Assembly (NCBI RefSeq): GCF_964204645.1
Contig: NC_134032.1
Span: forward strand, 744,001 to 808,000
Origin: Tubulanus polymorphus
Lineage: Eukaryota; Animalia; Nemertea
Direction of reading: 5' to 3'
Length of the DNA: 64,000 bases
A program made the translations under genes and the position numbers. Every line of letters begins with the position of its first letter. Positions within the stretch are counted from its first letter, which is position 1. Under the pieces are notes generated by a model, which searched no databases, had not been told where the DNA came from, and saw nothing but the letters and a program-made list of their open reading frames with translations. Below, piece after piece: positions 1 to 12,848 of this stretch.

Positions 1-56
1 AAACAAATGGTGAGCGATTGATTTGAAACCAACAGGGGCAGTTTCGCAGTTGTGGC

Positions 57-450
57 TTAGATATAAGATCAGTCTAAGCTCATTTTGTTTCTATAACCAA
101 TCTAACAACTTAAGACCAGTCTAAGCTCATTTTGTTTCTATAACCAACCTAACAACTTAAGACCAGTCTAAGCTCATTTTGTTTCTATAACCAACCTAAC
201 AACTTAAGACCAGTCTAAGCTCATTTTGGTTCTATAACCAATCTAACAACTTAAGACCAGTCTAAGAGCAACTTAGTTCTATAACCAATCTAACAACTAA
301 AGACCAGTCTAAGACCAACTTAGTTCTATAACCAATCTAACAACTAAAGACCAGTCTAAGACCAACTTAGTTCTATAACCAATCTAACAACTAAAGACCA
401 GTCTAAGCTCATTTTGGTTCTATGGCCAATCTAACAGCTTAAGACCAGTC
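57..450. repeat. 46-47 bp tandem minisatellite (TTAAGACCAGTCTAAGCTCATTTTGGTTCTATAACCAATCTAACAAC); same family inverted at 6390-6690 and 32590-33400
   Basis: Directly visible tandem units; the same sequence forms the interior of the MITE family at 2545-2850, 4682-4790, 32230-32550, 55120-55250. Confidence 0.95.
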
Positions 451-517
451 TTTATATTTCACACCGCTCATTGAGCTGAAGTCACAAATACAAATGATAT
501 GATCTATTTTTGTGCAG

Positions 518-3500
518 ATTTTCAAAGTGGATGATGAAGTTTTGGGTAAATGGACCGACGGTAGATTCTACTCCGCTAAAATCATCGCTCTTCTCATGAA
601 AGACGGTAAGAAGCTTATGACAATTTTTCTAATAGTCTGGATCCAGTCACACAGTTGTGAATAAGAGTTAACTCTGATTTCTGGACCCAGTTTCACGGTT
701 GTGAGTTGAAGTTAAAGCCCTCGACTTGAAATTAGTTTATTTTCAATGAGTTAAATCTAGATTCACTTGGTCCGTATTTTCGAAATTGAAATTAAGATTT
801 TTTCACAAAATTTTTTCAGAATTGTATGAAGTGCTGTTTGACGATGGGTTCACCAGAAAACTGTCTCCGACACAAGTGAAAGCCGCCGTTCCAACTTCTA
901 AGAAGGTAAAATCTTAAGTTATAAAAGAAAATGAAATTTCAGTTTTATACAAATTGAGATCGTAAATTAGCAAATCTTTCGGGAAAGCGATAACGTTTCA
1001 ATGCGAATCAAGTTCATGATTTCCAAATCTTTTACATTTTCTGGTTTACGCAAACAATCTTCATAAATTTGCTTATCTTTCGGGAAAAGAACCATTTCTC
1101 TTTATATGCAAACGTTATGCAAATTATATGAATAAATTTGCATATATTTCAGAAAATCGTGTTCATAAATTTGCGTTTGTTTCAAATAAGTGATTTCTGT
1201 TTTATGCAAATTATATTCATAAATTTGCATACCTTTAAAAAAATAACTATCTCTCTTTTTATGCAAACCCTATGCAAATTATATGAATAAATTTGCATAT
1301 ATTTCAGAGAGTCGATTCGTCGGAGGCGAAAGAAAGCGATTATTTCGAAGGTTTAGATAAATCGGCAACCGTCACGAAGTCCGGACGAAAAGCGACGTTA
1401 ATAACGACGGCGTTGATGAAAGAACGTCGTCGGAGTTCGAATTCGAACGTCGGAGATAAACGCGAGCGTTCGCTGTCAACCGGATCGCAGCAGTCCGGCC
1501 GGTCACGTTCGCTGTCGAGGAGCTCCCTGCGGGAACGATGCGTATCGGGCGGTTCGGACGCGGTTGAACCGGCGCCATCTAGTGGCGGACTCGCGGATAT
1601 CGTCGACGGGAAAGCTTCGCTCGAGCGGGCGGAATGCAACGCGTCGAGTCCTTTAACCGAATCGGCGAACGAGATAAAGAAAGAGCAGACGGATGAGAGT
1701 ACGTCTGCCGAGAAGGTCACCACCGTGTCTCCGAAGAGCAAAAAGGTCAAGAAGAAACACAAAGACGGCCTGGATTTCGGAAAGAGCAAATCGTCGAAAA
1801 AGGCGACGAGCAACGACGAGGGCGGCTCCGGAGAGAAGAAGAAGAGATCGTCGGACGCGGGATCGAGCGAGAAAAAGAAGAAGAAAGAGCGACGATCGAG
1901 CGAAAAGAAAGAGAGACGACGCAAGTCGGGCGATCGACACCACAGTACGAAAGAAAAAATGTCACCCGTGAAAAGCGGCGTAAAAACGGCGTTGAAGTTC
2001 GAAACGGGTGATTCTGGTAGCGACGCGACGCCCCCTGGTGGTGATTTGATGAACGATGCTTCGCCATCTCCCCCGCCGCCGCAGCCCGAGAAGAAAAAGG
2101 TGATCATGACCGCGGCGTTTCGCCGGGAGATGGAACGTCGCGAGAAATTAGGGGAGAGCGTCGACGTGGAGCAGGTTCTGAAGAGTGAAACACCGGCGCC
2201 CTCTAACCAGCAGACGACGGTAACACCGGCGCCCTCTCACCAGCCGATCGAACCACCTGTGCCCTCGAATGCACAGACAGGACCGGCGTCCCCTAACCAG
2301 CAGAAGACCGAACTATTAGCACTCTCTAACCAGCAGACAGAGATAGGACCACCGGCGCCCCCTGACCAGCAGACGGACGTTCGAACAACAGTCGGCCAAT
2401 CAAAACAGATCGATGAAGAGAAAGGTTTGTAGGGATTCTTTAGAATTGTCTTTTATAGAAATGAAGAGCCCTTTTAGCCTAAAAAGTTTCGCTTGAACCC
2501 AGTATCAACTCAATTACCTTTTGATGCAGTAAAACATCCGGTGTCAGTTCCATAGTTGAGGTTTAATACCTGAAGGGGTCTTAAATCTTAATACTGGTCT
2601 TAAAATGTTAGATTGGATATGGAACTTAGTTGGTCTTAGCCCGGTCTTAAGTCTTGAGCCCTGACTATAGACCCAGCCCCAGGGGTCATGGCTTAGACTG
2701 AATACCAGTCTGAGACCAACTTAGTTCTATAACCAATCTCAGCTTTAAAGACCAGTCTTAGCTGTTCTGTAGCCTGTCTAACGATTTAAATCAGTCATAA
2801 GATTGAAGATGACTTTAGGGCTTAAGTCATGACTATGCATCTGGGCCAGGGCCTATCTCCATCTATAAATCAAGGCCTAGGATTATAAAGCCTCTATTGA
2901 TGATGATCTGTTTTTCAGCCGTCTGCTCGATAGCGTCTGCCGCTGTTGTAAAGGAAGCACCGACTGAAATTAAACTCGAACCGAATGAAGAACCCGACAA
3001 TCGACTCAACGTTAAAGCGAGAGAGAAGGTATGCATTAAAAATACGGCGCAAGATTTTCAGATTATGCCAAATTAAAAAAATAGTTTTTGATATAGGGCT
3101 AAAAGATGATACCTTGTTTTTCCTAATCAGTCGGGTCACTTTTGTAAACCGCAATAGAATTTGTAATCAGTTTATTTCTATAACTGCCGGGTCTGTTATT
3201 GCTTAGAGCCTGATCATGATTTTTAAAAAAGTTATGTAAAACGTAGATATTAAGCTCAGAGAAATCAATGCGAAAGAAGGTATCCATTTTTGGTCGCGAA
3301 GTCAGTGAATGGTTTGGGAAAAAAAAGCTAAAAAGCAGGGACATTTATTGAGATCGCGCATAAATTAAATAGCTAGATCACGCATAAATTAAATAGCTAG
3401 ATCACGCATAAATTAAATAGCTAGATCACGCATAAATTAAATAGCTAGATCATGCATAAATTAAATAGCTAGATCACGCATAAATTAAATAGCTAGATCG

Positions 3501-5034
3501 CGCATAAATTAAATAGCTAGATCGCACATGAATTAAATAGCTAGATCACACATAAATTAGATAGCTAGATCGTGCATAAATTAAATAGCTAGATCACGCA
3601 TAAATTAAATAGCTAGATCGCGCATGAATTAAATAGCTAGATCACGCATAAATTAAATAGCTAGATCGCACATGAATTAAATAGCTAGATCACGAATAAA
3701 ATCAAACAGTTTCCGTCCATGTCTTAAGTATTTGACTGCGTTAATTGATTGGATTCTTAGCAGATCAAGTCAGGGAAATAAAAGTGGCCACCCTGAAAAA
3801 AACTTTTCCAAAAATGTTCCTTCGCGTGAAATCCTAAATGTCTTCACGATTTATTTTCAGCCGTCGTTTGACGATATTTTGCCGCCGCCGTTTAAAAAAC
3901 AGCGTTTAGATTCGTCGGTTAGTGAACCGACGACAGCACCAGTCGCGGAAGCGCCACCTACGATACAAGACTCGCCGATGGAAGTATCGGAGACGTCGCC
4001 GTCGCCGAGTAGGAAGAAATACCCGCGTCGAGACAGGCGCGGAAAAACTGGCGCGAAACCGTTGAATTCTACGCCAGCTGCCGATCCGGGCGCGGGCGGC
4101 GACTCGGCAGCCGCCGGACTAGCACCGGTGGCGCCACCGGTGGTCGCGCCGCCGTCGTGCAGTAAGGCGTTCGTCATCGAGGAGGACCACAACCCGTTCA
4201 AATGTCCGTACGACGACTGCAACAAGAGTTTCCGTAAAGATCGTCTGCTCGAGTACCACATCAAATATTACCACGACGACGACAACAACAGTAAACCGGT
4301 GCTGCCACCTAGGAAACGACGCAAAACTACGAGCATCTGTGAGTTTCTGTGATTCTGCTAAAACGGGATGGGGGCGCCACTTACCTGGAATCAGGGAAAT
4401 TAGTTGAGATCACCAAGCCCTACTTAAGCGCCTGAGACCCCCTAAAATTACTGGGTGACCCATTTATGTCATAATTAGACCCTCCTAAAATCTCACTTAA
4501 ACGCATGAGACTACTTTTAAAATCACTCTAGGACCCACTTATCTAGGTCCACTAGGACCCACTTATGTGCCTGAAACCCCTGAACAATCAATGTGGCCCA
4601 TTTACTGACGTATGTGATACTGCGACCTGGGTCACGTAAAATCTCACTGACACTGACTGTAGCGCCCGATATCCCCTACTGCCGGTTGCATAGTCATGGC
4701 TTAAACTTAGTTCTTAATCCAATCTAACCACTTAAGACCAGGGTTAAGATTTAAGACCACTTTTGGACTTAAGCCAGGACTGTGCCCTGAGTTGGCCCCT
4801 GAAGTACGATCAAAACCCCCCTGCTTGAATTTAACACTCTGGGTCTGGTTTCACAAAAATGATCAATTCCTAAATCAATTTGATGTGAATTAGCGAGGAA
4901 ATTAAATCAATTCATGGATTTTGTGAAGCTGGGCCCAGAATCAAGTAAAGGCTCCTGTAACACCTGTGTCTATTGTTTCTGCAGGTTCTACAGACTCGGA
5001 TATGTCGATCCAGTCCGGGTCGATGATGCTTCAA

Positions 5035-5081
<47 letters not shown>

Positions 5082-8000
5082 TAGTAGAACGAGGACTGTA
5101 TCGACTCGCAGTGAGGTCGACGTCGTACACGGAGGAGGAACCGATGAGGAATACGAGGTCGTTACCATCGACGATCACAACACCAACAACAGTACGTATT
5201 GCGGTAACTCGCGCCCCTCGAGCAGATCCTCGCGTCCCTCGAGCAGATCCTCATGATCCCTACGACTCCTCAATTCCTTTTAGAAACCCTTTAGCGCAAA
5301 ATGCTTTTAAAACGTGCTTCAAAACTCATTCAATTTGGACAAAATACCCGAAACTCTGTTAAAACTCCTTCAATTTTGAGAAATAGGCAAATTGAGAATT
5401 AGAAATTTGTGTCTAGTTTTTAGTTGTAAATTAGACTACCCCTTAATCGGTGCAGTTAGGATTTGTTTTTATGCATTTAGGTAGCAATTAAGATTAGAAA
5501 CTGAGTTCATGTCGAGTTAAGGGGTCGTAATTTGCTTGTAAAACCACTGAATTAACCGTTTACCGAGATAAACAGTACTGATTTAGTCTACGCGAGGCAC
5601 TGAAAATATCCGAAATGCCCTTCTTTGAAAGACAGAAAATGTTGAAATGAATTTGAAAACTGTTCAAATGTCTTATCCGGCAAAATTTCCTGAGGATTTG
5701 CCTCAAAAGATTGTTTCCTCGGGATCATGAATGCTCTGTTTCGGATATTCAATTGTACGCGCATTGAGAATTTTCTGGAAATTTTTTGAAAGAATTGCCA
5801 TTTACTTTGGTAAGGCAGCAGTAAAAATTGGACCCTGGATCCACTTCTGTGTAATTGGGATATGAAAGTGATGCAGAGGCTTTCTTAAAGTTTGAAATTT
5901 TCTGCATGAAAACTCCTTACATCCAGGAATGACTGAATTGTGGGGAACTTAGGGTAATATCAGTCCGCCTAAACCATATATTTCTAATTGGTATCTTTAC
6001 GTAATACGTCTGCTTGTTATTGTTTTAGTTCACCACCAGGTGGCAGCACGAGAGCGTTACGAATCGCTGGGCTGCGAGTCGATCGACGTCACCGAGGACG
6101 AACAGGTCGACCCGACTCGCGAGGAAGAGGTCGTCAACTGCGTCTGTCTCGATAACTTTGAAAACGGTCTTATGATACAGGTAATTAAACACCAGGGGGC
6201 GCTTTGAAACGTTTAACCCCTGCTGGGTTTTCTGGAAACTAATCGTGTTTTTTTTTTCGTCAGTGTGAGTTGTGTTTATGTTGGCAACACGTGACCTGTT
6301 TGAGTCTCCCGGAAGATGCTCTGCCCAGTGAATATATCTGCATATTCTGCGTCAGTCCTAAAGGTATTTACAAATCCTAGGTTTCTTAAGACCGGGCTTT
6401 AGTTGTTAGATTGGTTATAGAACCAAAATGAGCTTAGACTGGTCTTAAGGTTGTTAGATTGGTTATAGAACCAAAATGAGCTTAGACTGGTCTTGAGTTG
6501 TTAGATTGATTATAGAAAATCAGCTTAGACTGGTCTTAAGTTGTTAGATTGGTTATAGAACCAAAATGAGCTTAGACTGGTCTTGAGTTGTTAGATTGAT
6601 TATAGAAAATCAGCTTAGACTGGTCTTCAGTAAACTGGTTTTAAGTTGACTGAATAGTTATAGAACCACAATGAGCTTAGACTGGTCTTAATAAGTTATT
6701 TAACTGAAATGACTTCATTCTGGTCTAAAATGTAAGTCCAGACTCAATTGATCGTTTGTTTTGTTCAGGTTTGCGTAAAAGTGCTACGTTCAGCTACGAT
6801 CAGGAATGGTTGAAAAACGGCGTTTTACCGAAATTCAAATTTCTGACGTCGGACGCGGTGAAAACCGATCACCAGACGGCGCTACTGAAAGGAACTAACA
6901 GTCTCATTGGTGATATTCACAATCTCAATAAAGTGCTGCGCGGCCTTCGTCAGAAAATTGCTCTTGCCAGGTAGGATATTGAAATGGGAATAAACAGAAT
7001 GGAGGGGTAGCTAGGCTTATCCTCTCTTGATGAGTTATTCGATGACATGATTGGGGGATTCATGAAGGCGACCATCTTTACTGGAAGCCTGTGTGAGGGT
7101 AACTTGATGATGTCATAAGGTGATTTATGGAGACAACCATCTTAAGAAGTTAATTCTAGATCTTAAAATGACGTCAAAGAGGATTTATATTTCTGGAAAG
7201 TTTTAGATCTTTAATTAAATGATGGATTTATGGAGGCAGCCATATTTCATAGAAAGCTTTAAATCTTTTAATGATGTCATAGATGGATTTATGGGGGCAG
7301 CCATATTTCATAGAAAGCTTTAAATCTTTAAATGATGTCATAGATGGATTTATGGAGGCAGACATACTTTCTGCAAAGTTCTTGATCTATAAATGATGTC
7401 ATAGGTGGATTTATAGAGGCAGACATATTTAATAGAAAGTCCTTGATCATTTGATGATGTCATAGGTGGATTTATTGAGGCAATCATCTCTTTGGTGAAG
7501 TGCTAAATCTTTATAATGAGATCATAGGGGGATTTTTGGAGGCAGCCATCTTAATGAAATATCGTTGAACTGTTGTCTATATTATTTTCAGTTGCGACGA
7601 TCATCCGGACTTGAAAATCTGGTCGAAACACTGGGAGGTCGAACAGGAAGTGCCGATTGACCAGGACGCCACGGCGAATAAAGACACTGAATCCACGGCG
7701 ACCGTCGACGAGGTCGCTAAAAATATCACCGAGTTCACCGATCTGTTACCAGAGGGCGCCGCCGTCGAAGATGAAGACGGTATCGATTTGTCGATGGACG
7801 TGGATTCGGTCGAGCAGACGGGCGTCAGAGTCGGGTTGAGTTTAGACAGCGGTTTAACGACGGCAAGCGCGCAGGAGATCGATCTCAGCGGACAGCTAGA
7901 TGCGTTTAGCTTTCCGACCGCTAGTCAAAATCAGTCGAATCTGGAGTCATCGGCAGGTCGAAATGAGTCAAATCAAGAGTCGTGTGCAGGTCAAAATGAG

Positions 8001-11000
8001 CAAAATCAAGAGTCGTCTACAGTTCATGAGTCGAATCTGGAGTCATCTACAGGTAAAACCGAGTCGAATCTGGAGTCATCTACAGGTCATAAGGAATCAA
8101 ATCTGGAGTCGTCTGCAGGTAAAATTGAGGTGAATTTGGAGTCATCTGCAGGTAAAAATGAGTCAAATCTAGGGTCATCTGCAGCTCATAATGAGTCGAA
8201 TCTGGAGTCATCTGCAGGGCAAAATGAGCCAAATCAAGAGTCATCTGCAGTTCAAAACGAGTCGAATCTGGAGTCATCTACAGGTCAAAACCAGTCAAAT
8301 CTGGAGTCGTCTACAGGTCAAAACCAGTCGAATCTGGAGTCGTCTACAGGTCAAAATGAGTCGAATCTGGAGTCGTCTACAGGTCAAAACCAGTCGAGCA
8401 CTGGCAATGAAAAAACTCTTGAAAATCTCGATGAGAATCGGGCTCCGACGCCCACCGTGATAGAAGAACCATCTTCTGAAGAACCGCGTAAAACCGAACC
8501 TGGAAATACAAACCACGAATCAGTGAACCCTGACGGTGATGAATTAGAGGAATCTATGATCGATGACGAGACAAGTTTTAAATTACGAATCGAGGAAACG
8601 GACGAAGAATCGAATTCAAGTTTGATGTTTCTCGATCGAAGTCGATCGTTCCAAACGAAAACACCGGTCGTCGACTCAATGCCGGTCGATGACTCAATGC
8701 CGGTCAATAACTCTCTACCCATCAAAGACTCTGTGCCGGCCGAAGACTCTGTGCCGGTCGATGACTCTCTGCTAGGTGAGGAGTCAATGCCGGCCGAAGA
8801 CTCTGTGCCAGTCGATGACTCTCTGCCGGTCAATGACTCTGTGCTAGGTGAGGAGTCAATGCCGGCCGAAGACTCTGTGCCAGTCGATGACTCTCTGCCG
8901 GTCAATGACTCTGTGCCAGTCGATGACTCTGTGCCAGTCGATGACTCTCTACCGGTCAATGACTCTGAGCCGGTCAATGACTCTCTGCTGGTCAATGATT
9001 CTCTGCCAGGTGAGGAGTCAATGCTGGTCGATGACAAACAGGAAGGGACCTGCCAACAAGAAGTGACCCCTGAACGGAATGTGACCAATACGTCTGATAA
9101 TATTGCTAACCTTGACCCGGTCGATACGCCCGCCATCGCCGACCTTGACCTGACCGAAACGTCTGCCGTCGATGACCCTGACCACGGTGATGTAAGCGAA
9201 AATAAAATGGATGAGGAGTCGACGAAGAACAAATTCAAATTGGAGGACTCCGATCGGTCTCCGGACAAAACTGACGTTGATACGAACGAAACCTCAGCGA
9301 AAAGTGAAGTCCGCAGTTGTGAACCGTGTTTTAGTGATTCGGATTTGATTACGAGTAAAAAAGATTCCGCTCGTTCGTTGGACAACGGTCTCGTAGATTC
9401 GGCGGAGCGATCAGAAACGATCGCCCGACCATCGCGGGGAGCAGACGACGATACTAATCAATCGTTAACCGATCACACGTACTTCCCTCCGACTTATAAA
9501 CATTCTCCGGCTCCGACTGGAGTCCGGCTTACTGGTAATAGTGTGTGGACACCGGTGAAGGTAAGCTATTATTATACCCGCAGTCCACCGTGACCACTGG
9601 TGGATCTAGCTTAGGTTTTGGAGGCTCGGCTGCGGAAGGGCACCTTTTTCATGGACAATTTTGAATTTTAGGGGCCTGAGTCAATTTGGGGCATCAAATC
9701 CTTCTGTGCACCCACAAAATATGATATTTTGACATTTTAATGAAGAATCATTCATTAAAAATAAGAAGTTTACCCATTTTCTATTATTCAAATCGGCCAC
9801 TCTAATTACTTCTATAACCAGAACTTGTAAAATAGAAGGGCACTTCTAAAATCATGAGTACTGCTCAAGCGTTAGTAGCCCTAGGCTGGATCTGTGCCTG
9901 GTGACAATATGGCTGCCGATATAAATCCCCCTTCAACGTCATCTAATTATGCATAAACGCGCGTGCAGAAAATGCCTGCCTCCATGAATCCCCCTATGAC
10001 ATCATCTAAATGCCACCAGTGATTTCGTGTACGGATACTTCTGAAGATGATGTGTCTACCTCTATTAATCTCCCTATGACATCATCAAATTGTCTACTAC
10101 TGATTTGATCTAATAGACACTCTTCAAAATATGACTGACTGTTATTTCATTGTCTTTGAAATAAGGATGTCTCTTAGAGACCTATCTAGAGAAGATGTCT
10201 GCCTCCATAAATCCTCCTATGATGTCATGAAATAATAGTCAGAGACTTCCTAATCAAAATGGCTGTCTACAATGGCTCCTCCGATGACATGATTCAATGG
10301 TGGCAGAAAATCGTTTTCTAGGTTTTAACATGAGGATAATTTGATGATGTCATAGGGTGAATTACAAATACTGAAATCATATTTACGTGTGTTAATCTCG
10401 TTGACAGGGATCGAATTTAGATGTGGTCGATGATGAGGTCGACGATGAACTGTTAGAGGACGGCGACGATGACAGTAACCTGGTGGAGATGATGCCGATC
10501 GGTCAGAACCCGACGGACGAATGCCGACAGAATCTGCTGTTACACATCATGTCGCTGCAAGATGAAATCGATAAACGACTCGATTTAATCGATGAACAAG
10601 TGACAGGTACAGAAAAATATCTCATTGATGAAACGCTCGTCCATGTTGTAAAGATAATATAAAATGCCCACTAAGAATAAAAAGAGTCTGAAATGTTTCC
10701 TTGAGCTAGTGTAGTTTATTCAACGTTTCCACTATATCCTAATAGTCATCTTCAGGAATACTGATGTTGTCCTCATTATAACCATTGATGAAACACTCTG
10801 AGTCCGTGTTGTAAAGATAATATAAAATCCCTGCACACTAAGAATAAAAAGAGTCTGAAATGTTTCCTTGAGCTAGTGTAGTTTATTCAACATTTCGACT
10901 ATATCCTAATAGTCATCTTCAGAAATACTGATGTTGTCCTCATTATAACCATTGATGAAACACTCTGAGTCCGTGTTGTAAAGATAATATAAAATCCCTG

Positions 11001-11502
11001 CAAACTAAGAATAAAAAGAGTCTGAAATGTTTCCTTGAGCTAGTGTAGTTTATTCAACGTTTCCACTATATCCTAATAGTCATCTTCAGGAATACTGATG
11101 TTGTCCTCATTATAACCATTGATGAAACACTCTGAGTCTGAGTTGTAAAGATAATATAAAATCCCTGCACACTAAGAATAAAAAGAGTCTGAAATGTTTC
11201 CTTGAGCTAGTGTAGTTTATTCAACGTTTCGACTATATCCTAATAGTCATCTTCAGGAATACTGATGTTGTCCTCATTATAACCATTGATGAAACACATC
11301 TCTAAGTCTTTGTGGGATTGTTTAAAGTATTGTATGATTTTCTAATTCAGGGTTGGAGGAAATCGAAGGCCCGTTCCCCGGAGCGTGTGAACCGACGAGC
11401 GATGATCAGGACGTGCTCGCCGATTTACCAGTCGTTAAGAAATCGTTTAAAACTCTACTACTCGACCTCGCGAAGGTCAGGAAGTTCGCCTCGATGCCTT
11501 GA
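518..11502 (+). CDS. PHF20: PHD finger protein 20-like (PHF20/PHF20L1/MBD-R2 family), 5'-truncated by the window. Exons: 518-605, 820-905, 1308-2424, 2919-3028, 3861-4338, 4985-5191, 6029-6180, 6264-6363, 6769-6970, 7592-9560, 10408-10606, 11351-11502
   Basis: Tudor motif [29 protein letters not shown]; C2H2 finger [26 protein letters not shown]; PHD finger [27 protein letters not shown]; post-[12 protein letters not shown] and [11 protein letters not shown]; C-terminal [39 protein letters not shown]. All introns GT-AG with compatible phases; the 5191 donor is the least certain. Confidence 0.9.
3353..3705. repeat. 24-bp tandem repeat (ATCACGCATAAATTAAATAGCTAG)
   Basis: About 14 near-identical units, intronic. 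Confidence 0.95.
5032..5079 (+). repeat. Coding CAA/CAG trinucleotide repeat (poly-Q, ~16 Gln) in PHF20-like exon
   Basis: In frame within exon 4985-5191. Confidence 0.85.
7060..7555. repeat. ~60-bp dispersed minisatellite family (TGATGATGTCATAGGGGGATTTATGGAGGCAGCCATC); also 9960-10360, 34460-35820, 36960-37635
   Basis: Recurrent core seen in four introns, both orientations. Confidence 0.9.
10623..11297 (-). ncRNA. 167-bp tandem array (4 units) carrying minimal type I hammerhead ribozyme motifs, antisense in last PHF20-like intron
   Basis: Reverse complement reads TATTC-CTGAAGA-T-GACTAT-taggat-ATAGTC-GAAAC-GTT-GAATA (intact in the unit near 11218-11262). Confidence 0.75.
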
Positions 11503-11557
11503 GTCACCACGCCTTGAGTCAGTTCCACAATTTTGTGTTCAAAATATCACTCTTTAA

Positions 11558-11831
11558 AACCCTTTCAGTGCTGACTAGTTGATGACCGCGTGCTGGAAAT
11601 GATTTGAAAATTTTAGAAAATTCCACCGCAGTGCGGTGTATAACAGGCATACCGCTTTAGAGTGTCTACACCGCAGTGCGATGTATCATAAGTAACTAAT
11701 ATTTCACTATTGACTGGTGCTGCCATCTTACAATTGGATTAAAACTAAAAACATAAATACACCGCATGCAGTGCACTAGCAAAGTCCATCCCCGATTTTC
11801 TGCACTGCGGTGTAGACACACTGAAAGGGTT
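11558..11831. mobile_element. MITE with AACCCTTTCAGTG...CACTGAAAGGGTT termini (piggyBac-like ends); relatives at ~25350-25715, ~36270-36660, ~38100-38380
   Basis: Terminal inverted repeats and shared internal CACCGCAGTGCGGTGTA motifs. Confidence 0.6.
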
Positions 11832-12848
11832 CAACAGGGTTTGCACTGTTTGCAGGATTTTCTATGTTCTAACGTATTTTGTCTCGGAGTCTAAAGAAGC
11901 TTGATAATGATTTATATGTTCTAATTGTGTAAATATAGTCGACAGATTCATCTGTGAATTGTTGAATAAATGCGGATATATTTGTTACTAAAAAGTACGA
12001 AGTAGTTCAAGTTTGTGGTAGGGACGTTTATAGGTCTCTTCAGGGGCCTGGCCCTTATGATGTGGTCAGAAGAACACCAGACCAGCGTGGACCTGCACCC
12101 ATTGTGTGATATTCCTAACTCCATCCCTTGTGCTGATACCTTGTTTGTCCTAATCAGACGGGTAATTGAGTTATCAGATCATTTCAATAACTGCCGGGTC
12201 TGTTATTGTTAGGCTAATATGAAATGATACCTCGTTTCTCCTAATCAGCTGGAGTAATTTTGTAAACTGAACTAGAACTTTGTTATCAGTTCATTTCTAT
12301 AACTGCCTGGTCTGTTATCGTTCGCTTGATCATGATTTTTAAAAACAAGTGTACAGGGGGCGACCGACCAGCCGGGTCAACTCGAAAGCTCGGCACAAAT
12401 GATAAACTTAATGTATCACTTTTCTGGGCCTAAAACATCAATTTCCAATCTGTTTTTCGTAGTGATAAGGTTCAAACCAAAAGGTCTTCAGGGTTGAATC
12501 AGAGCAGAGACTCTTTCCATTCATACGCGATAATTTTATTGCTAGGAGTTTAGCAATACCTATCTTGAAGTGGTAAGATTACGAATTAGGAAAAATGGTT
12601 CAACAGGTTTAGACGACCCGCATTACCGTAAGAGATAAAACTTTAGCTGGCAAAATTATAAAAACTGGGCCACGATACGAGATAAGGTGAATAATGTCAT
12701 GAGTGAAGACATCAGTGAAGATATAAGTGAAGACATAAGTGAGTCAGCACCGAATATCACCTGACTGTTCCTGTATATAAAACCCGATACAACGCCCATA
12801 AGTTACATATATTTACTTGCTGGTGTTGATCGCGGATAAGGTGTAAAA

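Noticed and set aside
1050-1307. Cluster of octamer ATGCAAAT motifs
   Set aside because: Part of a degenerate local repeat next to an acceptor; no snRNA gene or other support.
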